Below, one piece after another: positions 10,388-20,301 of a stretch of DNA of 64,000 nt; the stretch's first letter is position 1, and the number at the start of each line of letters is the position of its first letter. The position numbers were made by a program, and so were the translations under genes. The stretch is from Elusimicrobiales bacterium. Its GTDB lineage: Bacteria; Elusimicrobiota; Elusimicrobia; Elusimicrobiales; UBA9959. The DNA lies in assembly GCA_041665305.1 (NCBI GenBank), contig JBAYJD010000009.1, positions 665 to 64,664 of the forward strand. The letters are read 5' to 3'. Below the pieces are notes generated by a model. It did no database searches, was not told where the DNA came from, and was given only the letters and a program-made list of their open reading frames with translations.

Positions 10388-11767
10388 CTAATTTATTTTC
10401 TCCAGATAATCCATGAAGCTCCGCCAGTGGGAAATTTTTTCAAATTTCAGCGTGGAGTAGGTCGGGTAATATTCTATGAGACTGCCGGGTTTGCCGGGGA
10501 TATCTATCGCGATGCCGTAGGCGTCGGAATATTTCTTGCCGGTGCGGTCGCGGCCCAGGCCCGTGTTCCGGACCACCAGTTCCCTGGCGATGAACTTGTT
10601 AAGGTCCAGGCCGGCGGCTTGCAGGTTCCTGGCCCCGGGTCTCGCGGTATCCAGGCCCGCATTCACCAGCTTTACGAAATGTGAAAGGTCCGCGTAAAAA
10701 GAGATCTGTTTGTCGGGGTCGGTGAGTTCGTCCCCGACTTCGAACCGCAGCACTTCGGCCTTGGCGTTCCTGTAGGCTGCGGTATCGTTTACCCTCATGG
10801 CGAGCCTGGCCCAGTTCCCTGTCTTCCGGGCGAAAGCTTCCAGTTTGCGCGCTCTGACGGCCGAAAGCTGGACGCCGTATTTGGCTTTTTCCAGCATGTC
10901 GGCGTACTCCGGGCGGGAATACATCTCCTTGAAAGTGTCGACAAGGCGTATTCCGGCTTTGGCGGCGGAAACTCCCGGATCGGCGAGCATCTGCGCGAAA
11001 AAGTCCTCGAAATTAAAACTGGGCAGTTGGATCACTTCTTCGGAGCCGACTATGATGTCCGCCCCGTCCTTAAGCTCCAGAGCCACTTCGGCCATCTGCA
11101 TGAAACAGGCCATGGACGCGTAAAGGTCCACCCGTCCGGCTTCCCTGAAGATCTTTCCCAGGTCGGCGGTCTTTATATAGTTGCCGCTGGCGAAATCAAA
11201 GGAAATGGACCTGTCCGCGGCGGGTTTTGCGCCTGATTTTACCGGGTCGATCCAGCCCCAGCCGTGGTCCCAGATAATGAACATGTACCGTCTGGCCGGG
11301 TAATTGGTTTTGGCCCATTTCACGAAAGAGGCGGCTTCCTTATAGTCTCCCATGTCGGCATTGCCCAGGTCCATAAGGACGGGGGAGGAGATATGTTCCT
11401 TATCGGCGTCCCTGACCACGAAGTAGCGGCGTACGCCTTCCCAGTCCCCGTCGGCCGTCGTGTCTCCGTCCAGGCCCCTGGCGCGGCCCAATTCGACCAC
11501 GATATTCACTTTTTCACCGGAGCCGACCGTTTCGAACCGGTTCATATCGTTCAAGGCGAAAGGTTCGATGTTGCTTTTGCCGTTCATAAAGACCATGATA
11601 GTCCAGTCTTTTTTTACATCCGGCCCTGCGTCGCGGCGCGGGGCCGGCGCGGTTTGGGCGGAGGCCTTTACATCTCCGGCGGTAACGGAGGGCAGTTTGA
11701 AATCAGCGCGGAGGGGAGGAACTGAAGCTGCAAGAAGCGTTAAGAACATCAAGGCGGTTTTGATCAT
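10388..11767 (-). CDS. Clostripain-family (peptidase C11) cysteine protease, secreted
   Basis: WTIMVFMNG, NADMGD, IIWDHGWGW (His), MACFMQMAEV (Cys), GSEE; signal peptide. Confidence 0.9.
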   Translation of the reverse strand: MIKTALMFLTLLAASVPPLRADFKLPSVTAGDVKASAQTAPAPRRDAGPDVKKDWTIMVFMNGKSNIEPFALNDMNRFETVGSGEKVNIVVELGRARGLDGDTTADGDWEGVRRYFVVRDADKEHISSPVLMDLGNADMGDYKEAASFVKWAKTNYPARRYMFIIWDHGWGWIDPVKSGAKPAADRSISFDFASGNYIKTADLGKIFREAGRVDLYASMACFMQMAEVALELKDGADIIVGSEEVIQLPSFNFEDFFAQMLADPGVSAAKAGIRLVDTFKEMYSRPEYADMLEKAKYGVQLSAVRARKLEAFARKTGNWARLAMRVNDTAAYRNAKAEVLRFEVGDELTDPDKQISFYADLSHFVKLVNAGLDTARPGARNLQAAGLDLNKFIARELVVRNTGLGRDRTGKKYSDAYGIAIDIPGKPGSLIEYYPTYSTLKFEKISHWRSFMDYLEKIN

Positions 11768-11825
11768 AGGAGCTCCGATGTATATTCTAGGATAAGGTGA
11801 AGTCTATAAATAATCGCCGCACAAA

Positions 11826-14099
11826 TCAACCGCCGCCGGCTATCCGGAGTTTTTCCGTGATAAGGGCGTCATAATAGGCGGAGAGACTTTCCCGGTTGGA
11901 CGCGGCTTTGTAGACTTTGCCGATGGGGAAGACGAACGTTTTCCAGGGCAGCTGCATGGACCAGAGCCCGTCATTGCCCTCCGTGTTGTACCAGACCGCC
12001 CTGAGATCCCTCATCAGGATCTCCGCCAGAATGTGCCCGCAGCAGCGCAGGAGCTTCCAGCCGTCGGTGGTGGGGGGGGTGTCCGGGGTGAATTTTTCCT
12101 TAAGGACGGCTTCCAGCTTTATGATCCCCGACCGGCCCAGTTCTATGCCGCTCGTTTCCTCCAGGGTTGAGGTCAGCAGTATGATGCGCCGGTGTTCGGT
12201 CTGCGCATCGATATTCCGTTCGGGGTGGCTGGGGACCTTGCTTTGGACCGCGGCCGCGCCCTGCGGTTTTTCGGTATGCGCCTCGCCGAGCTCCTCTTCG
12301 AGATATTGCAGATATTTCGTAAGCCAGCCCGGTTCTGGAACGGTTTCCTTCCACAACAGCTTCCAGACGCGCTGTATGGGGTAGGTCGCCAGTTGTCTCG
12401 GGGCCTCAAAAGTCATCGGCCAGCCCCAGTGGTCGAAATCGGGCAGCTTTATGAGCCGGCCTTTATATCTTTCCTGCAGGAGAAAGCAAAAAAAAGCCGA
12501 GCAGTCTTTTACCGTTTCTATGGCTTCCTGCGGGTCCTGCCTGGCCCGTATAAAGGTCAGCCGCAGCTTTTTTTCCACTTCCGCCAGGCCGTCCGCGTTA
12601 AAATATATTTTTTTGTTGAATTCGTCCTCCATGGCGGCCGCCAGGTTGAACGCGCGCCCAAGGAAGTCGTCCTTCCTGGTCTCTGCTTCCGTGCGCGCCG
12701 CGGCGGAGTTGGAAGTTTCCATGAGCGATTCCATTTCAAGCGCCGGAGGAAGCTGTCCGGAGGGTTCCGCCGGCGTCAGGGGGACGGCGGACACGGGGGC
12801 GGGGGGAGCCGTTTGCGCGTTCGTTTTGAGGGAAGCGGCTTCCAGGGAAATCGCGACTGGTTCTTCCGTGGTTTGAGACGGCAGCGGGCGGGCGGGCGCC
12901 GGAGGAGGGGCTTCCCGGTGGACTCTTGAGGCTTCCAGCAGCCGTACGGCGGATTCCCGGGGCAGTTCCGCCGCCAGGCGCCCGGCCGAATCCAGGTCGG
13001 TAAGGGCCAGATCGTTTATCAGGGCGGCGGCCTCCTGCAATTTCCCCGTTCTTATGAGCGCGAAGCCGAGGTTCGCTTTGGACCGGACCGAGGGCCAAAG
13101 GGCCGCGGCTTTACGGTAGCAGGTTTCGGCCTCGGCGAGGTTCCCGGTACGGAAATGCAGGTCCCCCATGCTGGAAAAGATCATGGGTATCAGGGGGGAT
13201 ACGGTCGTGAGCGCGCCCGTGAAAGCGGCCAGGCTTTCATTGATGCGGACCCGGTCGTTGCCTTGCGCCGCTTGTCTCATGAGCGCGCAGCCTGCGCCAA
13301 AAAGGGCCGCCGCTTTTTCGGAAGGATTCTGCGCGAGCGTCCGGAAAGTGTCCAGGGCTTCGGTTATTCTTCCTTCTTCCAGGCGCAGCCAGGCCAGCTC
13401 CGTCTTTTTTTTGTTTTCGCAGGGGGCGCCGGCGGGGATCCTGTCAAGCCACTGGCGGGCCTTCGCGGTCTCTCCGGTCCGGCGCCGGATCAGCGCCCGG
13501 TAGTAATAAAACTCGGGCGTTTGAAAATCCTTGACATAATCGGAGGCCTCCTGGAGGAGGCCCAGTCCGATAAGTACTTCGGCGTAGCGGCCGCAGGGCC
13601 GGGACGGCTCCGCGGCCATCAGCGCGCAGGCCATATAGTTGGCGCGGTGCAGGTTCCCCAGGTTCGCTTCGCTCTGAAGCGCCGTTTCAAGGTCCTCTCC
13701 GGCCGGCAGCGGGGCGGGCGTTTGCAGGTAGCCTATGATCGCAGAGATCTGCCGTTTATCCAGGCGGACCGCGGCGGACGGGGCGCCCTCCCCGGGCTTC
13801 GGCGGGGGATTGAAAATGAAGGCGCCGGCCGCCGGGGCGCTGAAAAGCGTTTGCAGGAAGGGGAGCGGCGGTTTGGCAACATAGGGAGAGCCCGCCAGCC
13901 TCGGGTCAGTGAAAACGGGCAGGCATGAAGGCTCTTTCTCCCCATAAGCGGAGACGGTATAAAAGGTGAAGGGGCCGGCCTGCGCCGGGGCCACGGGGGA
14001 CGCGAGTTCTGGAAAGCCCCTGAAAGCTTCGGTTATCTCATTAAGCGACGGCGTTCCGGACAGCCTGAATATGGTAAAATCGGGAAACTGATCGGCCAT
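11826..14099 (-). CDS. TPR protein with Pro-rich linker and duplicated C-terminal domain
   Basis: TPR motifs (MGDLHFRTG, ANLGFALIRTG); two similar C-terminal units ending YPIQRVWK / FPIGKVYK. Confidence 0.75.
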   Translation of the reverse strand: MADQFPDFTIFRLSGTPSLNEITEAFRGFPELASPVAPAQAGPFTFYTVSAYGEKEPSCLPVFTDPRLAGSPYVAKPPLPFLQTLFSAPAAGAFIFNPPPKPGEGAPSAAVRLDKRQISAIIGYLQTPAPLPAGEDLETALQSEANLGNLHRANYMACALMAAEPSRPCGRYAEVLIGLGLLQEASDYVKDFQTPEFYYYRALIRRRTGETAKARQWLDRIPAGAPCENKKKTELAWLRLEEGRITEALDTFRTLAQNPSEKAAALFGAGCALMRQAAQGNDRVRINESLAAFTGALTTVSPLIPMIFSSMGDLHFRTGNLAEAETCYRKAAALWPSVRSKANLGFALIRTGKLQEAAALINDLALTDLDSAGRLAAELPRESAVRLLEASRVHREAPPPAPARPLPSQTTEEPVAISLEAASLKTNAQTAPPAPVSAVPLTPAEPSGQLPPALEMESLMETSNSAAARTEAETRKDDFLGRAFNLAAAMEDEFNKKIYFNADGLAEVEKKLRLTFIRARQDPQEAIETVKDCSAFFCFLLQERYKGRLIKLPDFDHWGWPMTFEAPRQLATYPIQRVWKLLWKETVPEPGWLTKYLQYLEEELGEAHTEKPQGAAAVQSKVPSHPERNIDAQTEHRRIILLTSTLEETSGIELGRSGIIKLEAVLKEKFTPDTPPTTDGWKLLRCCGHILAEILMRDLRAVWYNTEGNDGLWSMQLPWKTFVFPIGKVYKAASNRESLSAYYDALITEKLRIAGGG

Positions 14100-14144
14100 A
14101 ATATGTTATTGTATATTTTTAGTTCGCGCTTTTGTCAATAAACT

Positions 14145-14750
14145 ATGAAACCTATAGTGGTGCTTGCCACACGCAACAGGCATAAACTGGGAGAGCTCCT
14201 GGCGCTTATCCCGGGGCTTGAACTCGAATTCAGGACGCTTGCGGACTTTCCCGGCGCGCCGGAAGTGGTCGAGGACGGGAAAACCCTGGAAGAGAACGCG
14301 GTCAAGAAAGCCGGGAGCGCCGCTCTTTTTTGCGGCCTCTGGGCGCTGGCGGACGATACGGGGCTTGAGGTCGACGCCCTTGGCGGAGCGCCAGGGGTTT
14401 ATTCCGCCAGGTATGCCGGCCCGGGCCGCTCCTATGCGGATAATAATCTCAAGCTCCTGGCTGAGCTTGACGGCGTTCCTCCAGGGCGGAGGACGGCCAG
14501 GTTCAGTTGCGTGATGGCCCTGGCTTCTCCCGGAGGTCCGGTGACGACCGTCGAAGGCCGCCTGGAGGGCGTTATCGCCCTTGCCGCTTTCGGCGCGAAC
14601 GGTTTCGGCTACGACCCGCTGTTCGTGGCGGCCGGGCAGGAAAAGACCCTGGCCGAGCTCGCTCCTGAGGAGAAGAACGCCCTGAGCCATCGCGCCGCCG
14701 CCGTCAGGAAAATGGAGCCGTATCTGAGAAGGCTGAAGGCCGTTCGGTAA
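14145..14750 (+). CDS. rdgB: Non-canonical purine NTP pyrophosphatase (RdgB/HAM1)
   Basis: LATRNRHK, ADDTGLEVDALGGAPGVYSARY, GFGYDPLF, KNALSHR. Confidence 0.96.
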   Translation: MKPIVVLATRNRHKLGELLALIPGLELEFRTLADFPGAPEVVEDGKTLEENAVKKAGSAALFCGLWALADDTGLEVDALGGAPGVYSARYAGPGRSYADNNLKLLAELDGVPPGRRTARFSCVMALASPGGPVTTVEGRLEGVIALAAFGANGFGYDPLFVAAGQEKTLAELAPEEKNALSHRAAAVRKMEPYLRRLKAVR

Positions 14751-14771
14751 TGCTATAATTATTCCGGTAAA

Positions 14772-16988
14772 ATGAAGATCAGGCTTTTCCATAAACTCGT
14801 GGGGGTCATGCTGGCGGTGTCGCTGGTCCCCATAGCCCTTCTCGGCCACAGGCTGATAAGCATAGGCCAGCTGGGGGTTAAGACCGCCATTCTCGAACTT
14901 CACCTTAACATGGCGGAGCGCGTTGCCGGGGATTTCCGGGCGTATACGGACCACATTGACGCCAAGCTGCGGTTCGTGATGGACGCCATGCTTAAGCTGG
15001 ATTGGGAAACCAAGCAGGCGTTGCTGGCTTCGCTGATGGATACCAGCCCGGAATTCAGGGAGATCTCCGTTCTTTCCGGCGACGGCCGCGAACTTATAAA
15101 AGTCCTGACCCCGGCCTATTTCGCCCCGGCGCTTCCTCCGGGAACTCCCAAGGCGCCCGGTCCCGCGAAGACGCCGCAGGGCGAAGTTCTCAACTCCTAC
15201 GCCGGGGATCCGGGCTGGCGCAGCGCCCTGGCCTCGAACAAACGGACCCTGCGGTTCGATCTTGTTTCCGGCCGCCCCGGAATGGTCTTTTTTTACCCTT
15301 TTCAGAAGGGCCTCGCGCTCAGGGTCTCCGTCGGTCTGGACAAATTCCCCGCCATCCGAGAGCTTCGTAAAATAGGCCGGACCGGTTTTCCCGTGGTCGT
15401 GGATCCTCAGGGGCGCCCCCTGGCTTATCCCGCGGAGGTGCAGCTTTCCGAACTTTCCGACCTCAAAGACTGGCCCATCGTCAGGACGGCGCTCAGCGCC
15501 CTGGCTTCGGGTTCTTCGGAGTACAAGGACGCCGGGGGGCGGTTCCAGATAGGCGCCTACGCCCCTATAGCGGACCTCGGCGGAGCGGTCATAGTGAAAC
15601 AGTCGAGGGAAGAGGCGTTCCGCTACGCGCTCTTTATGCAGCAACAGGCCGTTTATGTCATCTTCGCCTTTGTGCTGGCCGTGCTGGTCGCCGCTTATCT
15701 GCTGTCCAGGCAGATGACGGGCCCGATCCTGGAGCTCATCGGCGTGGCCGAGAAGGTCGCGGAAGGGGATTTTTCACAAACCGCGTCCATAAATACCAGG
15801 GACGAGCTTAAGGACCTGGGAGAAACTTTTAACAAGATGGTGCGCCAGCTTAAAGCATATTCCGACATGCAGGTGGACCGCATCATCCGGGAACAGAAAA
15901 ATACCGAGGCCCTGATGTTCTCCACCGAGGACGGCATCGTGATGGTCGACGGCGGGGCGCGCGTGCAGCTGGCGAACCGCAAGGCCCGGTCGGTCATGGG
16001 CGTGGGCCAGGACGAAGCGCTGGAGGGACGCCCGCTGGTGGAGGTCATCAGCGACGCGGGCGTGAGGGCGGCGGTCTCAGAGGTGCTGGACAGCCGCAGG
16101 GAAAATTTCGTCAGGGAAATGGAAGTTTCCCTCGCGCATTCGCGCAGGTTCTTTAAGTGCTTTTCCGCGCCTATCGTCGCTCCCAAGCCGGCCTCGGCCG
16201 CGGACGGTTCCGGCGCGCGCCTCGGCACGCTGGTGGCCTTTTACGACATCACGCTGGACAAGGAACTTGAACGCATCAAGGACGAATTCCTGCATTCCAT
16301 CACCCACGATCTGCGCAATCCCATGGGCGCCGTCAAAGGTTTCGTGGAGTTCCTGCTTAAAGAGATCCCGGGCCCCATTAACGAGGCACAGCGCAAGATG
16401 CTGACTTCCATAGACCGCGCGTCTTTCAGGCTGCTGGGCATGATAAACAACATCCTGGACATAGCTAAAATGGAGGCCGGCAAGATGGAACTCAAGCTGG
16501 CCCCGGTGGATGTCTGCGAGACCGCCAGGAGGATGATAGATCTGCTGGAGTCCCTGGGGCAGAGGAAAAAGATCAGGTTCGTCCTGGACGCTCCCGGCCC
16601 CATCGTCCTTGCGGCCGACGCCCTGATGCTGGAACGCATGTTCACCAATCTTATAGGCAACGCCGTTAAATTCGCGCCCGAGGACGGGCTTATCACGGTG
16701 TCTCTCGGAGAAGACGCAGAAAAGCTCACCGCCTCCGTGGGCGACAACGGCGACGGCATTCCGCTGGAGTACCTGGATAAGATCTTTGAAAAATTCGAAC
16801 AGGTCAAAGGGCAGAAGGCCGGCGGCACCGGGCTCGGCCTTACTATCTGCAAGCATATCGCCGCGGCCCATCTGGGCCGGATCTGGGTCGAATCCGAACT
16901 TGGCAAAGGGTCCAGATTCATCTTCACCATTCCGAAAGAGCTGGTCAGGGACGGGAACGGAAAGGTCGCGGTCCGGGCGGTCGCGTGA
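14772..16988 (+). CDS. Membrane sensor histidine kinase (Cache-like sensor, HAMP, PAS, HisKA, HATPase)
   Basis: Two TM segments, HAMP (DELKDLGETFNKM), ITHDLRNP, NLIGNAVKF, DNGDGI, GTGLGL. Confidence 0.93.
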   Translation: MKIRLFHKLVGVMLAVSLVPIALLGHRLISIGQLGVKTAILELHLNMAERVAGDFRAYTDHIDAKLRFVMDAMLKLDWETKQALLASLMDTSPEFREISVLSGDGRELIKVLTPAYFAPALPPGTPKAPGPAKTPQGEVLNSYAGDPGWRSALASNKRTLRFDLVSGRPGMVFFYPFQKGLALRVSVGLDKFPAIRELRKIGRTGFPVVVDPQGRPLAYPAEVQLSELSDLKDWPIVRTALSALASGSSEYKDAGGRFQIGAYAPIADLGGAVIVKQSREEAFRYALFMQQQAVYVIFAFVLAVLVAAYLLSRQMTGPILELIGVAEKVAEGDFSQTASINTRDELKDLGETFNKMVRQLKAYSDMQVDRIIREQKNTEALMFSTEDGIVMVDGGARVQLANRKARSVMGVGQDEALEGRPLVEVISDAGVRAAVSEVLDSRRENFVREMEVSLAHSRRFFKCFSAPIVAPKPASAADGSGARLGTLVAFYDITLDKELERIKDEFLHSITHDLRNPMGAVKGFVEFLLKEIPGPINEAQRKMLTSIDRASFRLLGMINNILDIAKMEAGKMELKLAPVDVCETARRMIDLLESLGQRKKIRFVLDAPGPIVLAADALMLERMFTNLIGNAVKFAPEDGLITVSLGEDAEKLTASVGDNGDGIPLEYLDKIFEKFEQVKGQKAGGTGLGLTICKHIAAAHLGRIWVESELGKGSRFIFTIPKELVRDGNGKVAVRAVA

Positions 16989-18148
16989 AGCCGGCGGCCG
17001 CCGCGGCGCTGGTTTTTTTCCTGGCGGCCCGGTCTTACGGCTCTGAGGAGCTTCAGAACATCATAGTAAAACCGGGCGACACGCTCTGGAGCATTTCCAG
17101 CGTCTACCTTAAAGATCCCACCAAGTGGCACCAGTTCCTGAAGTATAACCGCCTGCCCTCCTCCGATCCGTCCCTCGCCCTGCCGGGGATGACGCTTAAG
17201 GTGCCGGTAAACCTTGTCAAGGAGCAGTACCGGGCCGCCAAACTGGTGTATTTCATCAACAACGTCCTTCTCCGCAAAAGCGGCGCGGCGGATTGGGCCG
17301 CGGTGGTCATGAGCATGGACCTTTTTAAAAGCGACACGCTGCGGACCACGGTCGACGCCCGCGCCGACGTCAAGTTCTATACCGGCGAGATCCTGAACCT
17401 TTATCCCAATTCCATAGCCGTGCTGCGGCCGCCGGACAAAAAGGCCGATGTCGAACTTCTGTCCGGCGAAATGCGCGGGGTGCGTTCGCGGGTCATAACC
17501 GCGTCCGCGCGCATCACCCCCAGGACCAAGGACACCGAATTTCAGGCCAGGATAAAAGACGATCTCTCCACGCTGGTCCAGGTTTACAAGGGCCGCGCCG
17601 CCGTAGAGGCGCAGGGCAGGGTCGTGGAAGTCTCCGAAGGCTTTGCGTCGGAAGTCAAGATGGATATGCCTCCTTCCCAGCCGGTCAAACTGCCGCCCCT
17701 GCCCGAATTCAGGGAGAGTGGGCGGCCCAAGCCGGGCAAAACCGGCGCTCCGCAGATCAAGATGGAAGGCAATGTCCTTTCTCTCGATCTGAAGAGGCCG
17801 GCTAAAACCGCGGCTGGAGAGGGCGAACGGCTTCAGGTCCCCGGCGCGGAGGCAAAAAGCGCACCCGGGATCGGGGACCTGAACGACAAAGAAGCGGACT
17901 CCGGCGAGTTGACCAAGCTGATCAGCGTAGCCAACGCCGTGCAGGCTTACAGGCTGCAGGTCTCCAGGGACCAGAATTTCGCAGGCATAGCGCTGGACCG
18001 GCAGTACGACGCTTTCGACACCATCGATCTTACCGACCTGCTCCCTCCGGGAAATTACTGGATGCGGGTTTCTTATATCGACCTGCTCGGTTTCGAGGGG
18101 AAATTCAATTCCGCGCGCCGGATCACCGTCGGCCGCAAGCGCTATTAA
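16985..18148 (+). CDS. Secreted LysM + FecR domain protein
   Basis: VKPGDTLWSIS LysM; FecR-like DTLRT...TEF...VQVYKGRAAV; GTGA overlap with kinase. Confidence 0.82.
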   Translation: MKPAAAAALVFFLAARSYGSEELQNIIVKPGDTLWSISSVYLKDPTKWHQFLKYNRLPSSDPSLALPGMTLKVPVNLVKEQYRAAKLVYFINNVLLRKSGAADWAAVVMSMDLFKSDTLRTTVDARADVKFYTGEILNLYPNSIAVLRPPDKKADVELLSGEMRGVRSRVITASARITPRTKDTEFQARIKDDLSTLVQVYKGRAAVEAQGRVVEVSEGFASEVKMDMPPSQPVKLPPLPEFRESGRPKPGKTGAPQIKMEGNVLSLDLKRPAKTAAGEGERLQVPGAEAKSAPGIGDLNDKEADSGELTKLISVANAVQAYRLQVSRDQNFAGIALDRQYDAFDTIDLTDLLPPGNYWMRVSYIDLLGFEGKFNSARRITVGRKRY

Positions 18149-18418
18149 AAATTTTTGCGGCTCAAAAGGCGCTAGGCGCCTTTTGACATTTCGGACCGTT
18201 TAAAAATTTACGCCTCTTCCGCCGCAAGCCACAGCATTTCCGTTGGAGAGAGCGACTACTACAGGTCTAAGTCCGTATCAGGAGGCATGTTTTCGCATTA
18301 AGAACGCCCGGGACAGCATCGATCTAAGCATAGTTGTTGTTAGGTTGCAGAAACCACCGGGTGGGATAATTACGCTTTATCGTAATTAAGGGCGGGGACA
18401 TGTTAAATATCAAATACG

Positions 18419-18581
18419 CGGCAGGCGAATAAATTGGAGCGGGGCGCCGACGGGGCTGGCTGTAGGGGCGTCCGGAGCCCGACCTTTACATTCAGGAGGG
18501 CGAGGATAAGGGCGGCCGCGCTGGCCGACCCGGCCCCGGAAGCCAACCCCGCCGGCACCCCGCGAACTCGCAGGCCTGCCG
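18419..18581 (-). ncRNA. Putative structured ncRNA (rod-like, possibly 6S-like), unassigned
   Basis: Nested stems 18419-26/18574-81, 18439-61/18541-63, 18471-79/18532-40; all four mismatches are G-U on the minus strand. Confidence 0.45.
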
Positions 18582-18657
18582 TTTCCTTAAAGGTTGATAG
18601 GCACAGCCGTGAGGCGGGAGCTGTTTCACCGGCTTAAATTAAAATATAATTTCCTTA

Positions 18658-20301
18658 ATGAATAAAGCGGCGTGGTTGTCGGTCCTCCTGGTTCCCGGGT
18701 TCGCCCTGGCCCCCTGTTTCCTGGCCGCTTCTTCCGGGGCGCCCGGGCCCGCCACGGTCTGGGACCGCATCATGGAGGAACAGAGCCTGATGAACCTGCG
18801 CAAGGGCTATCTGCTCATGGAGGCGGAGAAATACCCGGAAGCCGCCAACGAATTCCTGAAAGCCATAGCCAGGACGCCTTCGGAGCCGTACGCGCGGATC
18901 CTGTACGGTTCCAGCCTTTACTGGCTGGGCGAGCCGGACAAGGCCATGTCGGAGTTCAAGACCGCCTCGGAGCTGGACCCCGGCAACGCCGTCGCCTGGC
19001 AGCTCATGGGCATAGTCCACGCCTGGAAAGGGGAGTCGCGGCAGGCGCTGGAAAAATTCATGAAAGCCAGGGACCTCGCCCCGGACCGGGCCGATGTAAA
19101 GATGAATATAGGGTCCATCTACCATTCCCTCGGAGACCTGGACAAGGCTTTGGATTATTTCAGGGAAGCGGCCAGGCTTGAGCCCGCCAATCCTCTTTAT
19201 CTGTACCAGCTGGGCCTCCTGTATTCCAGGCTGGGCCGCGCCGCCGACGCCAAGGCCGCCTTCAGGAGCGCTCTCTCCTCATTCCGGGATTACGAGGATG
19301 CCATGCTCGAACTTGCCGTACTGGAAGAAAAGGACGGCAACGACAAAGAGGCGGCCAAGCTTTATCGCAAGGCGCTGGCTATAAAACCGGGCGACAATGT
19401 GGCGCGGTTCCGTCTCGGCTGCCTGTTTTACAGGCGCGGCGACGGGAAAAACCTTAACGGCCTGTTGGAGGACGCTTTTCTGCTGACGCCGTCCAACGCC
19501 AAAGGCGGTATTTCCATCAGCCTGGCTTACGCGGGCGGTCCGGACGCGAAAGAACCGTCCTCCGGTGGCGGGAAGCCCGGACAGCTGGAGCAAGCCGTGG
19601 CCAGGATCCCGGCCGACGAGGATATCAGTATAAAGGCCGAGTTCATTTCGATCCCGAAGACGCAGCTTGTGGCGCGGTCCGAGGGAAGGCAGAAGACGCT
19701 TAAAGCGGGCCTGGAACAAAATTTCAAGCGGCCGGAGATAAAAGCGCTCCGGCGCGAGTATGCCCTTCCGGCCTCAGATTTTAAGAACCGCGGAGCCAGG
19801 GCGGCCAGGATAGCGGACGAAATAAACAAGGCGATCGCCTCCGCGGACCGGGAAGGTTCCGACACCCGGATGTCCATTAATATCGAGACCAAAAAGGCTT
19901 CGCTAAACCCCGCCGCCGGCGCGGAGTCGCCGGGGGTGGTGTATAAGCCTCGCGATGTGGGCAATGATATGGGGCTTTGGGTAATGGGGACCAATTGGCT
20001 GGAGAATGTGGAGGACGCGCTTGAGGACCTGGGAGACCCCTCCGGCGGCGCCGCGCCGGAGCCCGGACTGGATGTCCTCCGCGGCCTCGGCAGCCTGATC
20101 ATGGGCGAGCCGGATGCCGCGCTTGCAGCCATGGACGGCGTCCGGGACGGCGCGGCCGCCGACCTCGGGCGCTGCGCGGCCTGGGTGGAAAAGGGCTCGC
20201 AGGAAAACGCGCTCGCGGCGTGCCTGGACGCGCTCGGAAAAGAACCGAAGAATAAAACCGCGCTAGCCAACAAAAAATGGCTTACCCAAAAAAATCAGTA
20301 A
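18658..20301 (+). CDS. Exported TPR protein
   Basis: Signal peptide; tandem TPRs (AWQLMGIVH, MNIGSIYH, YLYQLGLLY). Confidence 0.85.
   Translation: MNKAAWLSVLLVPGFALAPCFLAASSGAPGPATVWDRIMEEQSLMNLRKGYLLMEAEKYPEAANEFLKAIARTPSEPYARILYGSSLYWLGEPDKAMSEFKTASELDPGNAVAWQLMGIVHAWKGESRQALEKFMKARDLAPDRADVKMNIGSIYHSLGDLDKALDYFREAARLEPANPLYLYQLGLLYSRLGRAADAKAAFRSALSSFRDYEDAMLELAVLEEKDGNDKEAAKLYRKALAIKPGDNVARFRLGCLFYRRGDGKNLNGLLEDAFLLTPSNAKGGISISLAYAGGPDAKEPSSGGGKPGQLEQAVARIPADEDISIKAEFISIPKTQLVARSEGRQKTLKAGLEQNFKRPEIKALRREYALPASDFKNRGARAARIADEINKAIASADREGSDTRMSINIETKKASLNPAAGAESPGVVYKPRDVGNDMGLWVMGTNWLENVEDALEDLGDPSGGAAPEPGLDVLRGLGSLIMGEPDAALAAMDGVRDGAAADLGRCAAWVEKGSQENALAACLDALGKEPKNKTALANKKWLTQKNQ

Noticed and set aside
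14106..15644. 512-aa minus-strand ORF
   Set aside because: Antisense shadow of rdgB and the kinase; no motifs; expected in GC-rich DNA
18327..18341. tmRNA tag-like NNNYA on the minus strand
   Set aside because: Followed by a stop rather than LAA, and no tRNA-like tmRNA ends; no tmRNA found next to smpB either
18255..18360. c-di-GMP-I, glycine or ZTP riboswitch
   Set aside because: Only isolated fragments (ACAGGTCTAAG, GGAGAG, GAAACCACCGGG); other required conserved blocks are missing
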